Shown: piece after piece, positions 34,451 through 41,984 of the stretch
Layout: every line of letters begins with the position of its first letter
Numbering within the stretch: position 1 is the first letter of the stretch
DNA from: a virus
Virus record (IMG/VR): IMGVR_UViG_3300031730_000004
Coordinates: 1-63,587 of that record
Direction: 5' to 3' (one strand)
DNA: 63,587 nucleotides
Position numbers and translations under genes: made by a program
The notes under the pieces: generated by a model
What the model was told of the DNA's origin: nothing
The model's input: the letters and a program-made list of their open reading frames with translations, nothing else
The model's database searches: none

Positions 34451-34999
34451 ATGTCCGACCTTCCTGCCTTCGAACCCTTCGGCAAGATCCCCCGCCTGGC
34501 GCGGGAGTGTGTCGTGACCGAGAAGATCGACGGGACGAACGCCAGCGTGCTGATCACCGAGGACGGCGATGTCTTTGCCGCCTCCCGATCGCAATGGATC
34601 ACGCCCGAAGCGGACAATTACGGCTTCGCCCGCTGGGTCGTCGGCAACAAGGACGACCTTTTGCGGCTCGGCCCCGGCCGCCACTTCGGCGAGTGGTGGG
34701 GGCAGGGAATCCAGCGCAATTACTCCTTGCGGGAGAAGCGCTTCTCGCTGTTCAATGTCAGCAAGTGGAGCGACGGCGAGGTGCGCCCGGCCTGCTGCTC
34801 GGTCGTCCCCGTGCTGACCACCGATATGTTCGACGCTCCTGGCTTGTCGCACCGGATACTGAAACAACTTCGCGAAGAAGGCAGCCGCGCGTCTCCCGGA
34901 TTCATGAAGCCTGAGGGAATCGTCATTTTCCACATCGCCGCCAACCTCCTGTTCAAGAAGACCCTGGAACGGGACGAGGAGTGGAAGAGTAAGAAGTAG
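34451..34999 (+). CDS. Minimal ATP-dependent RNA ligase-like nucleotidyltransferase (182 aa)
   Basis: TEKIDGTN (motif I KxDG), GEWWG (motif III), PEGIVIF (motif IV) and LFKKT (motif V). Confidence 0.7.
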   Translation: MSDLPAFEPFGKIPRLARECVVTEKIDGTNASVLITEDGDVFAASRSQWITPEADNYGFARWVVGNKDDLLRLGPGRHFGEWWGQGIQRNYSLREKRFSLFNVSKWSDGEVRPACCSVVPVLTTDMFDAPGLSHRILKQLREEGSRASPGFMKPEGIVIFHIAANLLFKKTLERDEEWKSKK

Positions 35000-35002
35000 C
35001 AA

Positions 35003-35028
35003 CCCCAACTACACTACAACGTATCAAC
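35003..35028 (+). promoter_or_regulatory. Copy of the CCCCAAyTrTACTACA..TATCrAC motif
   Basis: ccccaactacactacaacgtatcaac, 14 nt before the ATG of 35042. Confidence 0.4.
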
Positions 35029-35041
35029 AGGAGACCGAGCA

Positions 35042-35287
35042 ATGGCCAACGTCTACGAAGGCACCCCCGACGGCCGTCAGGCCGAGACTGCAATTCCCGT
35101 CTCTCGCTTCCGCCCGCGCTACCGCGCCCTCACCGACGAGGAGAAACTCCTGCACGACGCCCTCAAGGACAAGGCCGCCGAGCTGGAAGTCCTGTTCCAG
35201 AAGGTCAAGCCCGGCAGGTACAACTCCCTCGCCGTCACCTCCCTGGAACAGGCGATCATGTGGATCGTCAAGGAGTTGACGTCGTGA
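35042..35287 (+). CDS. Small helical protein (81 aa) resembling the N4-gp49/Sf6-gp66 (Acb2/Vs.4-like) family
   Basis: YRALTDEEKLLHDALKDKAAELEVLF...RYNSLAVTSLEQAIMWIVKELT matches, from memory, the Y..L..EEK...IK and SLA.TKLEEA.MW..K blocks of that family. Confidence 0.4.
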   Translation: MANVYEGTPDGRQAETAIPVSRFRPRYRALTDEEKLLHDALKDKAAELEVLFQKVKPGRYNSLAVTSLEQAIMWIVKELTS

Positions 35288-35700
35288 CGACGATCACCAT
35301 CACTCCCGTCACCTCGACTTTCAACGAATCAGCTTTCCTCGAGGACCTGACCAAGCCCTCGCTGCATGCGCTGTCCTACGCGCTACGTCATCCCGACACC
35401 TGGCCCAAGGGGTTTGTCTGGAAATACAAGAACTGCGACCAGTGCGCGATGGGGCTGGCGCATCTGCTGTGGGACACAATCGCCATTTCGAACGACGCTG
35501 AACGCGCGGTGTCCTACGCGGCTTCCGGCTTCGCGATGCCGTACGAGGAGGCACGGGATATTTTCCTCGGCGAAGGCGACTGGATGCCGCTGCTCGTTGA
35601 GGGGCACTTGTGGTGGAAGACCACCGAGTATGATTTCAAGCGGGTCACCCCCGAGATGGTCGCCGATCAGATCGATGCTTATCTGGAGCGCGCGGAATGA
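35284..35700 (+). CDS. Hypothetical protein (138 aa, GTG start)
   Basis: GTGA overlap with the upstream stop. Confidence 0.45.
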   Translation: MTTITITPVTSTFNESAFLEDLTKPSLHALSYALRHPDTWPKGFVWKYKNCDQCAMGLAHLLWDTIAISNDAERAVSYAASGFAMPYEEARDIFLGEGDWMPLLVEGHLWWKTTEYDFKRVTPEMVADQIDAYLERAE

Positions 35701-36083
35701 CCCTCCGCGACAAGCTCCTGAACGCCATCGACGTCGAAGCGTTCTCCCGAAACGCTTCCGATGACGTGCTTCTGGACATTTTGCTGGCTCAACTCGAGCA
35801 GGCGAAGGCCGATGTGTTCGAGGCGAGGCAGGCTGTGATCAAGGAAGGCATGCGGGCAAACGATATCGAGAAGTGCTGGCGTGACGAAATGCATCGGGTA
35901 AAGACTGATCCGACTTACACAGCGCAGGGCACTTTCTTCTTCGTGGAATCATCGCGCGCCGATCGCACCGCGTATATCGTGACAATTTCCGGCCGGGAGG
36001 TCTCGATGGCGCGGCGCGGTGGGCGGATTGATTACCTTGTTCAGCGCATCAGCGCGCAGGAATACGAGAAGTGGACAGCATGA
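35697..36083 (+). CDS. Hypothetical protein (128 aa)
   Basis: ATGA overlap. Confidence 0.5.
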   Translation: MTLRDKLLNAIDVEAFSRNASDDVLLDILLAQLEQAKADVFEARQAVIKEGMRANDIEKCWRDEMHRVKTDPTYTAQGTFFFVESSRADRTAYIVTISGREVSMARRGGRIDYLVQRISAQEYEKWTA

Positions 36084-36262
36084 AATCCGACCTCGTCGAC
36101 ATCGCCTGCTTCGTCCGCATGGAGACGCCCCGCGCGTATCTGATCAACGACGGGCATCGGGAGGTCTGGGTGCCGAAGTCGCAATGTGAGGTTGAGCGCG
36201 GCGACAAGACGAGCATCTGCACGATGCCCGAGTGGCTCGCGAAGGAGAAGGAACTGATCTGA
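36080..36262 (+). CDS. Hypothetical protein (60 aa)
   Basis: ATGA overlap; MKSDLVDIACFVRMETPRAYLINDGHREVWVPKSQ. Confidence 0.45.
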   Translation: MKSDLVDIACFVRMETPRAYLINDGHREVWVPKSQCEVERGDKTSICTMPEWLAKEKELI

Positions 36263-36594
36263 TGTTTCACGTTGGGCAGAAAGTGGTGTGCGTGGATGCC
36301 AGCCTCTGGATGAATTATCCTTGGTGCAAGGGCACGGAGGTCGTGCAAGGCACTGTGTACACGGTTCGAGAGGTCGGAGTGACCACCGACGGGTTAGCGG
36401 GGGTCAGGTTATACGAGGTTGTACTGAGTGGCCAGATCTGCGCGATTACTTACAAGCCATTTCGTGATCGTTTCTATCGAGCGTCCCGCTTCCGCCCCCT
36501 CACCGACACCTCCCAGTCCACAAGCTTCACCACCGGCGCCCCGCGCGACTCTCGCAAGTGGGACAATCGGCGGAAGGTCAAGGTGCGCGCATGA
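36262..36594 (+). CDS. Hypothetical protein (110 aa), SH3-like N-terminal pattern
   Basis: TGATG overlap; MFHVGQKVVCVD...GTVYTVREV. Confidence 0.45.
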   Translation: MFHVGQKVVCVDASLWMNYPWCKGTEVVQGTVYTVREVGVTTDGLAGVRLYEVVLSGQICAITYKPFRDRFYRASRFRPLTDTSQSTSFTTGAPRDSRKWDNRRKVKVRA

Positions 36595-36689
36595 TCAAGG
36601 ACTTCATCATCGCGTTCCTGCTGTTTCTCATCGTCTCTGGCGCGATCTGGTACTTCGTGCAGATGTTCAAGGCGACATTCAGGGGGTAG
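36591..36689 (+). CDS. Single-TM miniprotein (32 aa)
   Basis: Own translation: MIKDFIIAFLLFLIVSGAIWYFVQMFKATFRG. ATGA overlap. Confidence 0.35.
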   Translation: MIKDFIIAFLLFLIVSGAIWYFVQMFKATFRG

Positions 36690-36692
36690 AGT

Positions 36693-36932
36693 ATGAGCGA
36701 GCCGCAGGTCACCTCGACGCACTGTTTCCGCGGCCACTTGCGGACGGAGAAGAGCACCCGCTGGTTCTTCGACAAGGGCAACGGTCGGAAGTATCCGATG
36801 TGCCGCAAGTGCGAGTCGATCCGGCGCAATGCGAAGTATGCGGACGACCCTGTTTATCGGGAGTGGTCGCGGGCGAAGTCACGGGCGTGGTGGACGGCGC
36901 ATCGGACGACAACGAGCCAGGAGAATGTGTGA
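36693..36932 (+). CDS. Small zinc-finger-like protein (79 aa)
   Basis: HCFRGH...CRKC Cys/His pattern. Confidence 0.45.
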   Translation: MSEPQVTSTHCFRGHLRTEKSTRWFFDKGNGRKYPMCRKCESIRRNAKYADDPVYREWSRAKSRAWWTAHRTTTSQENV

Positions 36933-37288
36933 TGGCCCTTGATTACAAAACAGCGGTTGAAACTATGCGGCACATGACCGGGACGTTTCCCAGCAATCAA
37001 GAGATGCGCGAGGCGGTCGATCGTGAATTGCGCAAGCTTAAGCATTCCAAAGCCGTCGGGTTGAGCAGATCTGCGCCGGATACATACGAGGAATATGCCG
37101 ACGTCCGGCTTCGTTTTTGGGCAGGTATTGACGCCGCCAAACCCGGCGCTGACCGGACGATGGTTTTCCCCGTTTATCCCGTCCCGCCTTGCCCGATCGC
37201 CGAAGCAGCGTTTCCCGCATCCAAACCAAACACCGACCACATCTGGGACATGATCGTGCTGGCGGCCCGCGCCTCGAGGTACGAGTGA
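36932..37288 (+). CDS. Hypothetical protein (118 aa)
   Basis: TGATG overlap; internal start of track ORF 36428..37288. Confidence 0.45.
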   Translation: MALDYKTAVETMRHMTGTFPSNQEMREAVDRELRKLKHSKAVGLSRSAPDTYEEYADVRLRFWAGIDAAKPGADRTMVFPVYPVPPCPIAEAAFPASKPNTDHIWDMIVLAARASRYE

Positions 37289-37584
37289 CCCCCGAACAAC
37301 TCCGTACCGCCGGCATCCGCCTCTATGGCCGCAAGCGCTGGAAGTCGCATCTGGCCCGCGCGCTCGCAGTCGACGTCTCCACCATCCACCGCATGTGTGC
37401 CCGCCCCGAGATCCCCGGCCCCTACGAGGTCGCCATCAAGGGCTTGGTGCAGAACAAGCAGGCCCAGGAGCGCCTGGAACGCGAGGCTCGCAAGCTCGGC
37501 CTGGTCCCGAGGAAGCGCCGCAAGAAAGTGCTGAAGCCGAGAGAGCGCAAACTGATTCCGTATGCCGGGCAAGAAACCACTTGA
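37285..37584 (+). CDS. Basic HTH-like protein (99 aa, GTG start)
   Basis: GTGA overlap. SHLARALAVDVSTIHRMCAR is HTH-like. Lys/Arg-rich tail. Confidence 0.4.
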   Translation: MTPEQLRTAGIRLYGRKRWKSHLARALAVDVSTIHRMCARPEIPGPYEVAIKGLVQNKQAQERLEREARKLGLVPRKRRKKVLKPRERKLIPYAGQETT

Positions 37585-37589
37585 CACCA

Positions 37590-37615
37590 CCCCAATTGTA
37601 CTACACTGTATCGAC
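37590..37615 (+). promoter_or_regulatory. Best copy of the CCCCAATTGTACTACACTGTATCGAC motif
   Basis: Starts 6 nt after the stop of 37285..37584, at the head of a 150-nt intergenic gap. Confidence 0.45.
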
Positions 37616-37742
37616 ATCCTGCTGTTCCTCCCACTTTCCTTCCAGCAGGTCCTCGTCCTTCCCTGACAACGAGGAAACTTCGGGGCGCCGCCTCGCCAAC
37701 GTGGAGTAGCGCCGTGGCGCCCCGCTTTTTCAGGAGACTGTG

Positions 37743-38000
37743 ATGGATGAAATCGACGAGGCAAGAATACGCAAGTTCGCCGCAGAAAAGGGGCACAATC
37801 CAGAGCAGATTCTTGCACAGTGGCATTTCGATAAGCTTATTGGTCCGGTGTTCGAGAAAATACCTGCGGAAATCCAGGTCGAGATCCTTCTTCTTGGCTT
37901 GGTTAGGAGTCTTCTGGCCGCGCCGGCGGATAAGGCCAACAAGCTGTGCGTGTCGTGCAAGATCACGCTTGCAAAGTTGCCGTTCGGCAAAACGAATTAA
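37743..38000 (+). CDS. Hypothetical protein (85 aa)
   Basis: CAGGAGACTGTG before the ATG. Confidence 0.45.
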   Translation: MDEIDEARIRKFAAEKGHNPEQILAQWHFDKLIGPVFEKIPAEIQVEILLLGLVRSLLAAPADKANKLCVSCKITLAKLPFGKTN

Positions 38001-38010
38001 GGAGTTCAAT

Positions 38011-38418
38011 ATGACGTTCCAGGCCAAGCTGGTCGATCCGAACGGGAAGCCGAAGGCGGTGGTCGCGACTCACGACCGCGTGGCATCAGGCAAGGAGTTC
38101 CAGTTGTTCCAGCATATGCTCGGGATCATGGCGCTCGGTTGCGTGCCGGATGCAGAGGGGCGGTTTGACGCAGCAGGGCACCAGATGACGCGCGTGCTGT
38201 CGCCTGACGAAATCGTTTATCGCGCTGAGGCGCTGGTGCGCAAGGCGATGTGGATCGCGGAGGACAACGGATGGGTCGTCACGGCGCCCGACATCGACCA
38301 GCTTTACGATGACCACGACAGTGTAGATTCGCAGCGTGTCGGGTTCGGGACGCATAAATCGACTTCGATCATGGACGAGATCGCCAAAGTATCTCAAGAC
38401 GACGACATCCCGTTCTGA
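38011..38418 (+). CDS. Protein (135 aa) ending in the SSB C-terminal tip motif DDDIPF
   Basis: TAAGGAG RBS. C-terminus ...MDEIAKVSQDDDIPF. The body is not Gly-rich and not recognisably an OB-fold SSB. Confidence 0.5.
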   Translation: MTFQAKLVDPNGKPKAVVATHDRVASGKEFQLFQHMLGIMALGCVPDAEGRFDAAGHQMTRVLSPDEIVYRAEALVRKAMWIAEDNGWVVTAPDIDQLYDDHDSVDSQRVGFGTHKSTSIMDEIAKVSQDDDIPF

Positions 38419-38624
38419 TGATCCGCCCCCTTCGATCCACCCGCAAGCGGCGTCCCAAACGCAGGGAGGTCTCGCGTTCCTTCCGGATACCTCCGGACGT
38501 CGACCGCGAGTTGGCGAAGGTGGCGGCCGAGAAGGCGTGGACCAAGAGCTTCCTGATCAGGGACATTTTGTACTCCTGGTTTACCTACCGGGCGAAGAAA
38601 GGGGAGATCGATGACAAGGGATGA
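38418..38624 (+). CDS. Ribbon-helix-helix (CopG/Arc-like) DNA-binding protein (68 aa)
   Basis: VSRSFRIPPDVDRELAKVAAEKAWTKSFLIRDIL fits a beta-strand plus two helices, the RHH pattern. Confidence 0.6.
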   Translation: MIRPLRSTRKRRPKRREVSRSFRIPPDVDRELAKVAAEKAWTKSFLIRDILYSWFTYRAKKGEIDDKG

Positions 38625-39069
38625 GGTGAGGGCGGTTGTAAAGGATTTTTGGAAAGCGCCAAATAGACGGTCTGAAGCTGGTGTACAAGCGGGTCGTCTT
38701 TGGCTAGGTCCGCTCGGCGGTTTGACCATTGTTATCGTTCTCCTGTGGATCGGACACGCGTATCCGCGGGATATCGACGGTCGCTATGCGGCCTCGCCGT
38801 TGAAGAAGTGGTTCGACGGGCTCGCGTCCGGCAAGGGACCGTGCTGTTCCGATGCTGACGGCACCGCGCTGTCGGATGTCGACTGGGAAGCGAAGGACGG
38901 GCATTACCACGTGCGCATCGATGGCGCGTGGTGGCTCGTGCCGGACGAGGCCGTGCTCAAGGAACCGAACCTGTCGCAGCGTACCATGGTCTGGCCGATC
39001 TATTACCGATCGGACCTGAGCCCGGTCCGGATCGAAATTCGCTGCTTTATTGTGGGAGCGCAGGGATGA
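38611..39069 (+). CDS. Membrane-anchored protein (152 aa) with a CC-containing periplasmic-type domain
   Basis: TM segment LGGLTIVIVLLWIGHAY, then ...GKGPCCSDADGTALSDVDW... Confidence 0.5.
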   Translation: MTRDEVRAVVKDFWKAPNRRSEAGVQAGRLWLGPLGGLTIVIVLLWIGHAYPRDIDGRYAASPLKKWFDGLASGKGPCCSDADGTALSDVDWEAKDGHYHVRIDGAWWLVPDEAVLKEPNLSQRTMVWPIYYRSDLSPVRIEIRCFIVGAQG

Positions 39070-39560
39070 AGCGCAACGTTATAGCGCTTGTTCGCTTGAA
39101 AGAGGTTTTGCGTTACGATCCGGATACAGGATTGTTTTGGTGGATTATTAAACGCAACGGTACGATTACTGGTAAGCCTGCAGGCGTTCTCGGAAAATAC
39201 GTGCGAATCAAGATTGACGGAAAATCGTATTCGGCGTCGTGCATGGCGTGGTTGTGGATGACGGGTGAATGGCCAACACAAGAAGTCGACCACAAAGATT
39301 TGAACAAGCACAATAACAAATGGGAAAATCTTCGAGCAGCAACTCGTTCGCAAAACACGACGAACATACCGCGAAGGAAAAGTGGGTCGAATAAATACAA
39401 AGGAGTTACTCGGCACAAGCATTCAGGTAAGTGGTCGGTGTGCATCACAATAGATGGAAAGCAGAGAACGCTTGGACGTTTTCACGATCAAGAGAAGGCG
39501 GCGGCCGCTTACGCGGAAGCAGCTAAAAAGCACTATGGCGAATTTGCGAGGCTTAAATGA
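39066..39560 (+). CDS. HNH homing endonuclease with an AP2 DNA-binding domain
   Basis: VDHKDLNKHNNKWENLRAATRSQN (HNH_3-like) and YKGVTRHKHSGKWSVCITIDGKQRTLGRFHDQEKAAAAY (AP2); low-GC patch. Confidence 0.8.
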   Translation: MKRNVIALVRLKEVLRYDPDTGLFWWIIKRNGTITGKPAGVLGKYVRIKIDGKSYSASCMAWLWMTGEWPTQEVDHKDLNKHNNKWENLRAATRSQNTTNIPRRKSGSNKYKGVTRHKHSGKWSVCITIDGKQRTLGRFHDQEKAAAAYAEAAKKHYGEFARLK

Positions 39561-40564
39561 AGATCGGCGTTTGTACCACGACTATAAGGAAACCTGAAGC
39601 GTTGAAAGTACTGCGCAAATTTGCAGGACACAACGTGAAGTTTTTTATCGCGTTGGACACAAATTCGGACTTCAAAGCCATTTCGACGTGGGGAGACCTC
39701 GACGACCAGTTTTGTTGGATGACGCCGGATTGGCAGAAAAAATTCAAGTGCTCCGAAGCGCTCGGATGGCGAACATTGAGCCGCAGGAACACGGCTTTTC
39801 TCGCTGCCCTCGAATGGGGGTGCGATGCAATCTATTCTCACGACGATGACAACCTCGTAACCGAGGTAACTTTTTTCGAGCAGATCGCCATTAACTTCGA
39901 ACCGTTCAACGGCATCAAGGTCACCGGTACCAACGGCTGGTTCGATCCAGGCAGTCTGCTGATCCCGGCCACCCGCCATCGCGGTTTCCCGCACGGCAAG
40001 CCCGTCAGCAAGACCGCTCACCCCGTCACCAACGCCAGGGTAGGTGTCGCCGCTGGCCTCGTCACCGGCGACCCCGACATCGACGCCACGACCCGCATGG
40101 AGCATCGCCCCGACATCGGCAGCGTTCACATCCTGGGCTCGACCGGCGTGGTCGTCGACCCGCACACCTGGACCGTCTTCAACAGCCAGAACACTGCGGT
40201 GATCCGCGAGCTGATGCCGGCGTGGTTCATGATGCCCGGGGTCGGCCGCCACGACGACATATATGCTTCTCTCATTGTTCAGCGCGTCGCCCGCGAGCGG
40301 GATCTCCACGTCCATTTCGGCCCGCCCTTCACCTACCAGCAGCGCAACGCGCATGATCTGGTCAAGGACCTGCGCGCCGAGATCGATGGGATGGAGAACG
40401 TCTGCAAGCTGGCGACCCTGCTCGACCACATCGTTCTGCCGGGCAAGAGCGTGATCGAGGACACCTGCATCATCTACTCGGCGCTTCGCTACTGCGATTT
40501 CCTGCCGATCGAATCGGCGAATGCGGCGCTGCTGTGGATCGAGGATGTGGGGAGTGTGCTTTGA
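39557..40564 (+). CDS. GT75 / reversibly-glycosylated-polypeptide (UDP-arabinopyranose mutase or STELLO)-like enzyme
   Basis: VCTTTIRKPE, SHDDDNL (DxD), RHRGFPHG, GDPDIDATT, FNSQNTAVIREL and GRHDDIYAS align by eye with the RGP-family blocks IPTIR, TIDDDCF, VRGYPFS, IPDYDAPTQ, MNLAFDREL and GRYDDMWAG. Confidence 0.6.
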   Translation: MKIGVCTTTIRKPEALKVLRKFAGHNVKFFIALDTNSDFKAISTWGDLDDQFCWMTPDWQKKFKCSEALGWRTLSRRNTAFLAALEWGCDAIYSHDDDNLVTEVTFFEQIAINFEPFNGIKVTGTNGWFDPGSLLIPATRHRGFPHGKPVSKTAHPVTNARVGVAAGLVTGDPDIDATTRMEHRPDIGSVHILGSTGVVVDPHTWTVFNSQNTAVIRELMPAWFMMPGVGRHDDIYASLIVQRVARERDLHVHFGPPFTYQQRNAHDLVKDLRAEIDGMENVCKLATLLDHIVLPGKSVIEDTCIIYSALRYCDFLPIESANAALLWIEDVGSVL

Positions 40565-40719
40565 TCGTGAAGCTGGTGCTAGGTACGAAATCTGATCCAG
40601 GGCCGAAGGTAATTGTCGAGTCGAACATCAAGTTTACTGAAGTCACGGCGTTTGATAATTGGCTGAAAGTCCAGAAGCTGGCGCGCGACTGGCTCAGGAT
40701 GGAGTTGGACAAGGGATGA
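40561..40719 (+). CDS. Hypothetical small protein (~52 aa, TTG or GTG start)
   Basis: TTGA overlap with the upstream stop; GGGGAG lies 6 nt upstream. Confidence 0.3.
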   Translation: MIVKLVLGTKSDPGPKVIVESNIKFTEVTAFDNWLKVQKLARDWLRMELDKG

Positions 40720-41984
40720 AACTCGCCATCGGCTTCTCAACCAAGGACCAGGTCGGCCTCACCCGGCATACCTTGCTGCGAGTTCTTCGGCACGACGATT
40801 TTGACTTGCTATGGGCCGATGGGTCGCGCACGTCGGAAGGGCAATCCTTTTTTACTCGTAACGCCGTCGGCCGTACGATTGCGTACCCGGAGGTTTACGG
40901 CGGCGCCGACGCGGCGATCGCATTCAAATTGAGCACGGCCTTGGCCTCGTCCGCCAACTACACCCACATCGGCCTGCTCGAGAACGACGTCCTCCTCGAC
41001 GAGGACTGGTACGAGCCGACAATTGAACTGTTCGAGAAGGGGAAGCAAGATGGCCTCGCTGTCGGTGCGGTTAGCGCACGATCTTATGTGGACCGTGTAC
41101 TGGTGCAGCGGGATGGCTATGCCGTTATGCACAATGTGGGCGCCGGCATGGCCATCTTTACGAGGGAGGCCGCCGAGATCGTCCTTCGTTCCTTTCGCAC
41201 GGCATGGTGGCCCGCTAATCGTCTTATTTTTGCTCAGTTATCTGGCATCGATCTAGCCACCTACGCCGCCTTCCGCGGCAACGACCAGTGGGTGACGACC
41301 GACTGGGGCTGGGAAGCCCAACTCGCCAGCCATGGATTGGCCACCCTGGCTCTGACCCCGGCGAAGTGCCAGATGATCGGACAGAACCCGCCTTTGGAGC
41401 AGCAAGGCTTGCATCTCACGGCTCTGAACATTGTTTCGGGGCGTTGGACAGGAGATTCTGGGAAGTGGGATGATCCCGAAGTTGATTTTCAGCGCTATGT
41501 CAACGTCCTCGACGCCCTTCGCTATGACGGTGCCCGAACCGACCTCCCCGGAATCATCCACCGCGACGGCGCCGGCATGCTGTTTTTCCCGCATCAACTC
41601 GGCTATTTCGCAGGGGGTCCCGCATGGCTAGGAACTTTGGAATTGCAATGGAACCAGGGTTTCGGCCCGTTCGCCTACCGCGCTGGTCCGGGCGGCGCTA
41701 TTCTCGCCTTGCACTTGTCTGGTTCCTCCTCGTTCCTCGTCAGTGGCGGTGTTGCCGGCGCCCGCGTCGCGATCAAGGACACCCGCTCTGGATTTAACTT
41801 CGCCCCTATGCTGCCACCCTCTCACGAGCCTGCCTCGCTGAACGTCCCGGGCGGCCCGATCCCGCGCAGAATTGTGCTTGAGATGGATGAGGGCGCGGTG
41901 TTTTATGGCGTCCAGACCGCCGATCCCCAGATGCTGGATGCGACGTTCAGGTTTGACTGGACACAATTACCAAAGGCTGTGTGA
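40716..41984 (+). CDS. GT-A fold (GT2-like) glycosyltransferase (422 aa)
   Basis: MKLAIGFSTKD...LLWADGSRTSEG...GGADAAIAFKL...IGLLENDVLLDEDW resembles a GT2 Rossmann-like core with a DxD-type acidic motif. ATGA overlap. Confidence 0.45.
   Translation: MKLAIGFSTKDQVGLTRHTLLRVLRHDDFDLLWADGSRTSEGQSFFTRNAVGRTIAYPEVYGGADAAIAFKLSTALASSANYTHIGLLENDVLLDEDWYEPTIELFEKGKQDGLAVGAVSARSYVDRVLVQRDGYAVMHNVGAGMAIFTREAAEIVLRSFRTAWWPANRLIFAQLSGIDLATYAAFRGNDQWVTTDWGWEAQLASHGLATLALTPAKCQMIGQNPPLEQQGLHLTALNIVSGRWTGDSGKWDDPEVDFQRYVNVLDALRYDGARTDLPGIIHRDGAGMLFFPHQLGYFAGGPAWLGTLELQWNQGFGPFAYRAGPGGAILALHLSGSSSFLVSGGVAGARVAIKDTRSGFNFAPMLPPSHEPASLNVPGGPIPRRIVLEMDEGAVFYGVQTADPQMLDATFRFDWTQLPKAV

Noticed and set aside
39533-40429. 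298-aa minus-strand ORF opposite the GT75-like gene
   Set aside because: The plus frame has the recognisable DxD and RGP-family blocks. The minus frame is an antisense shadow.
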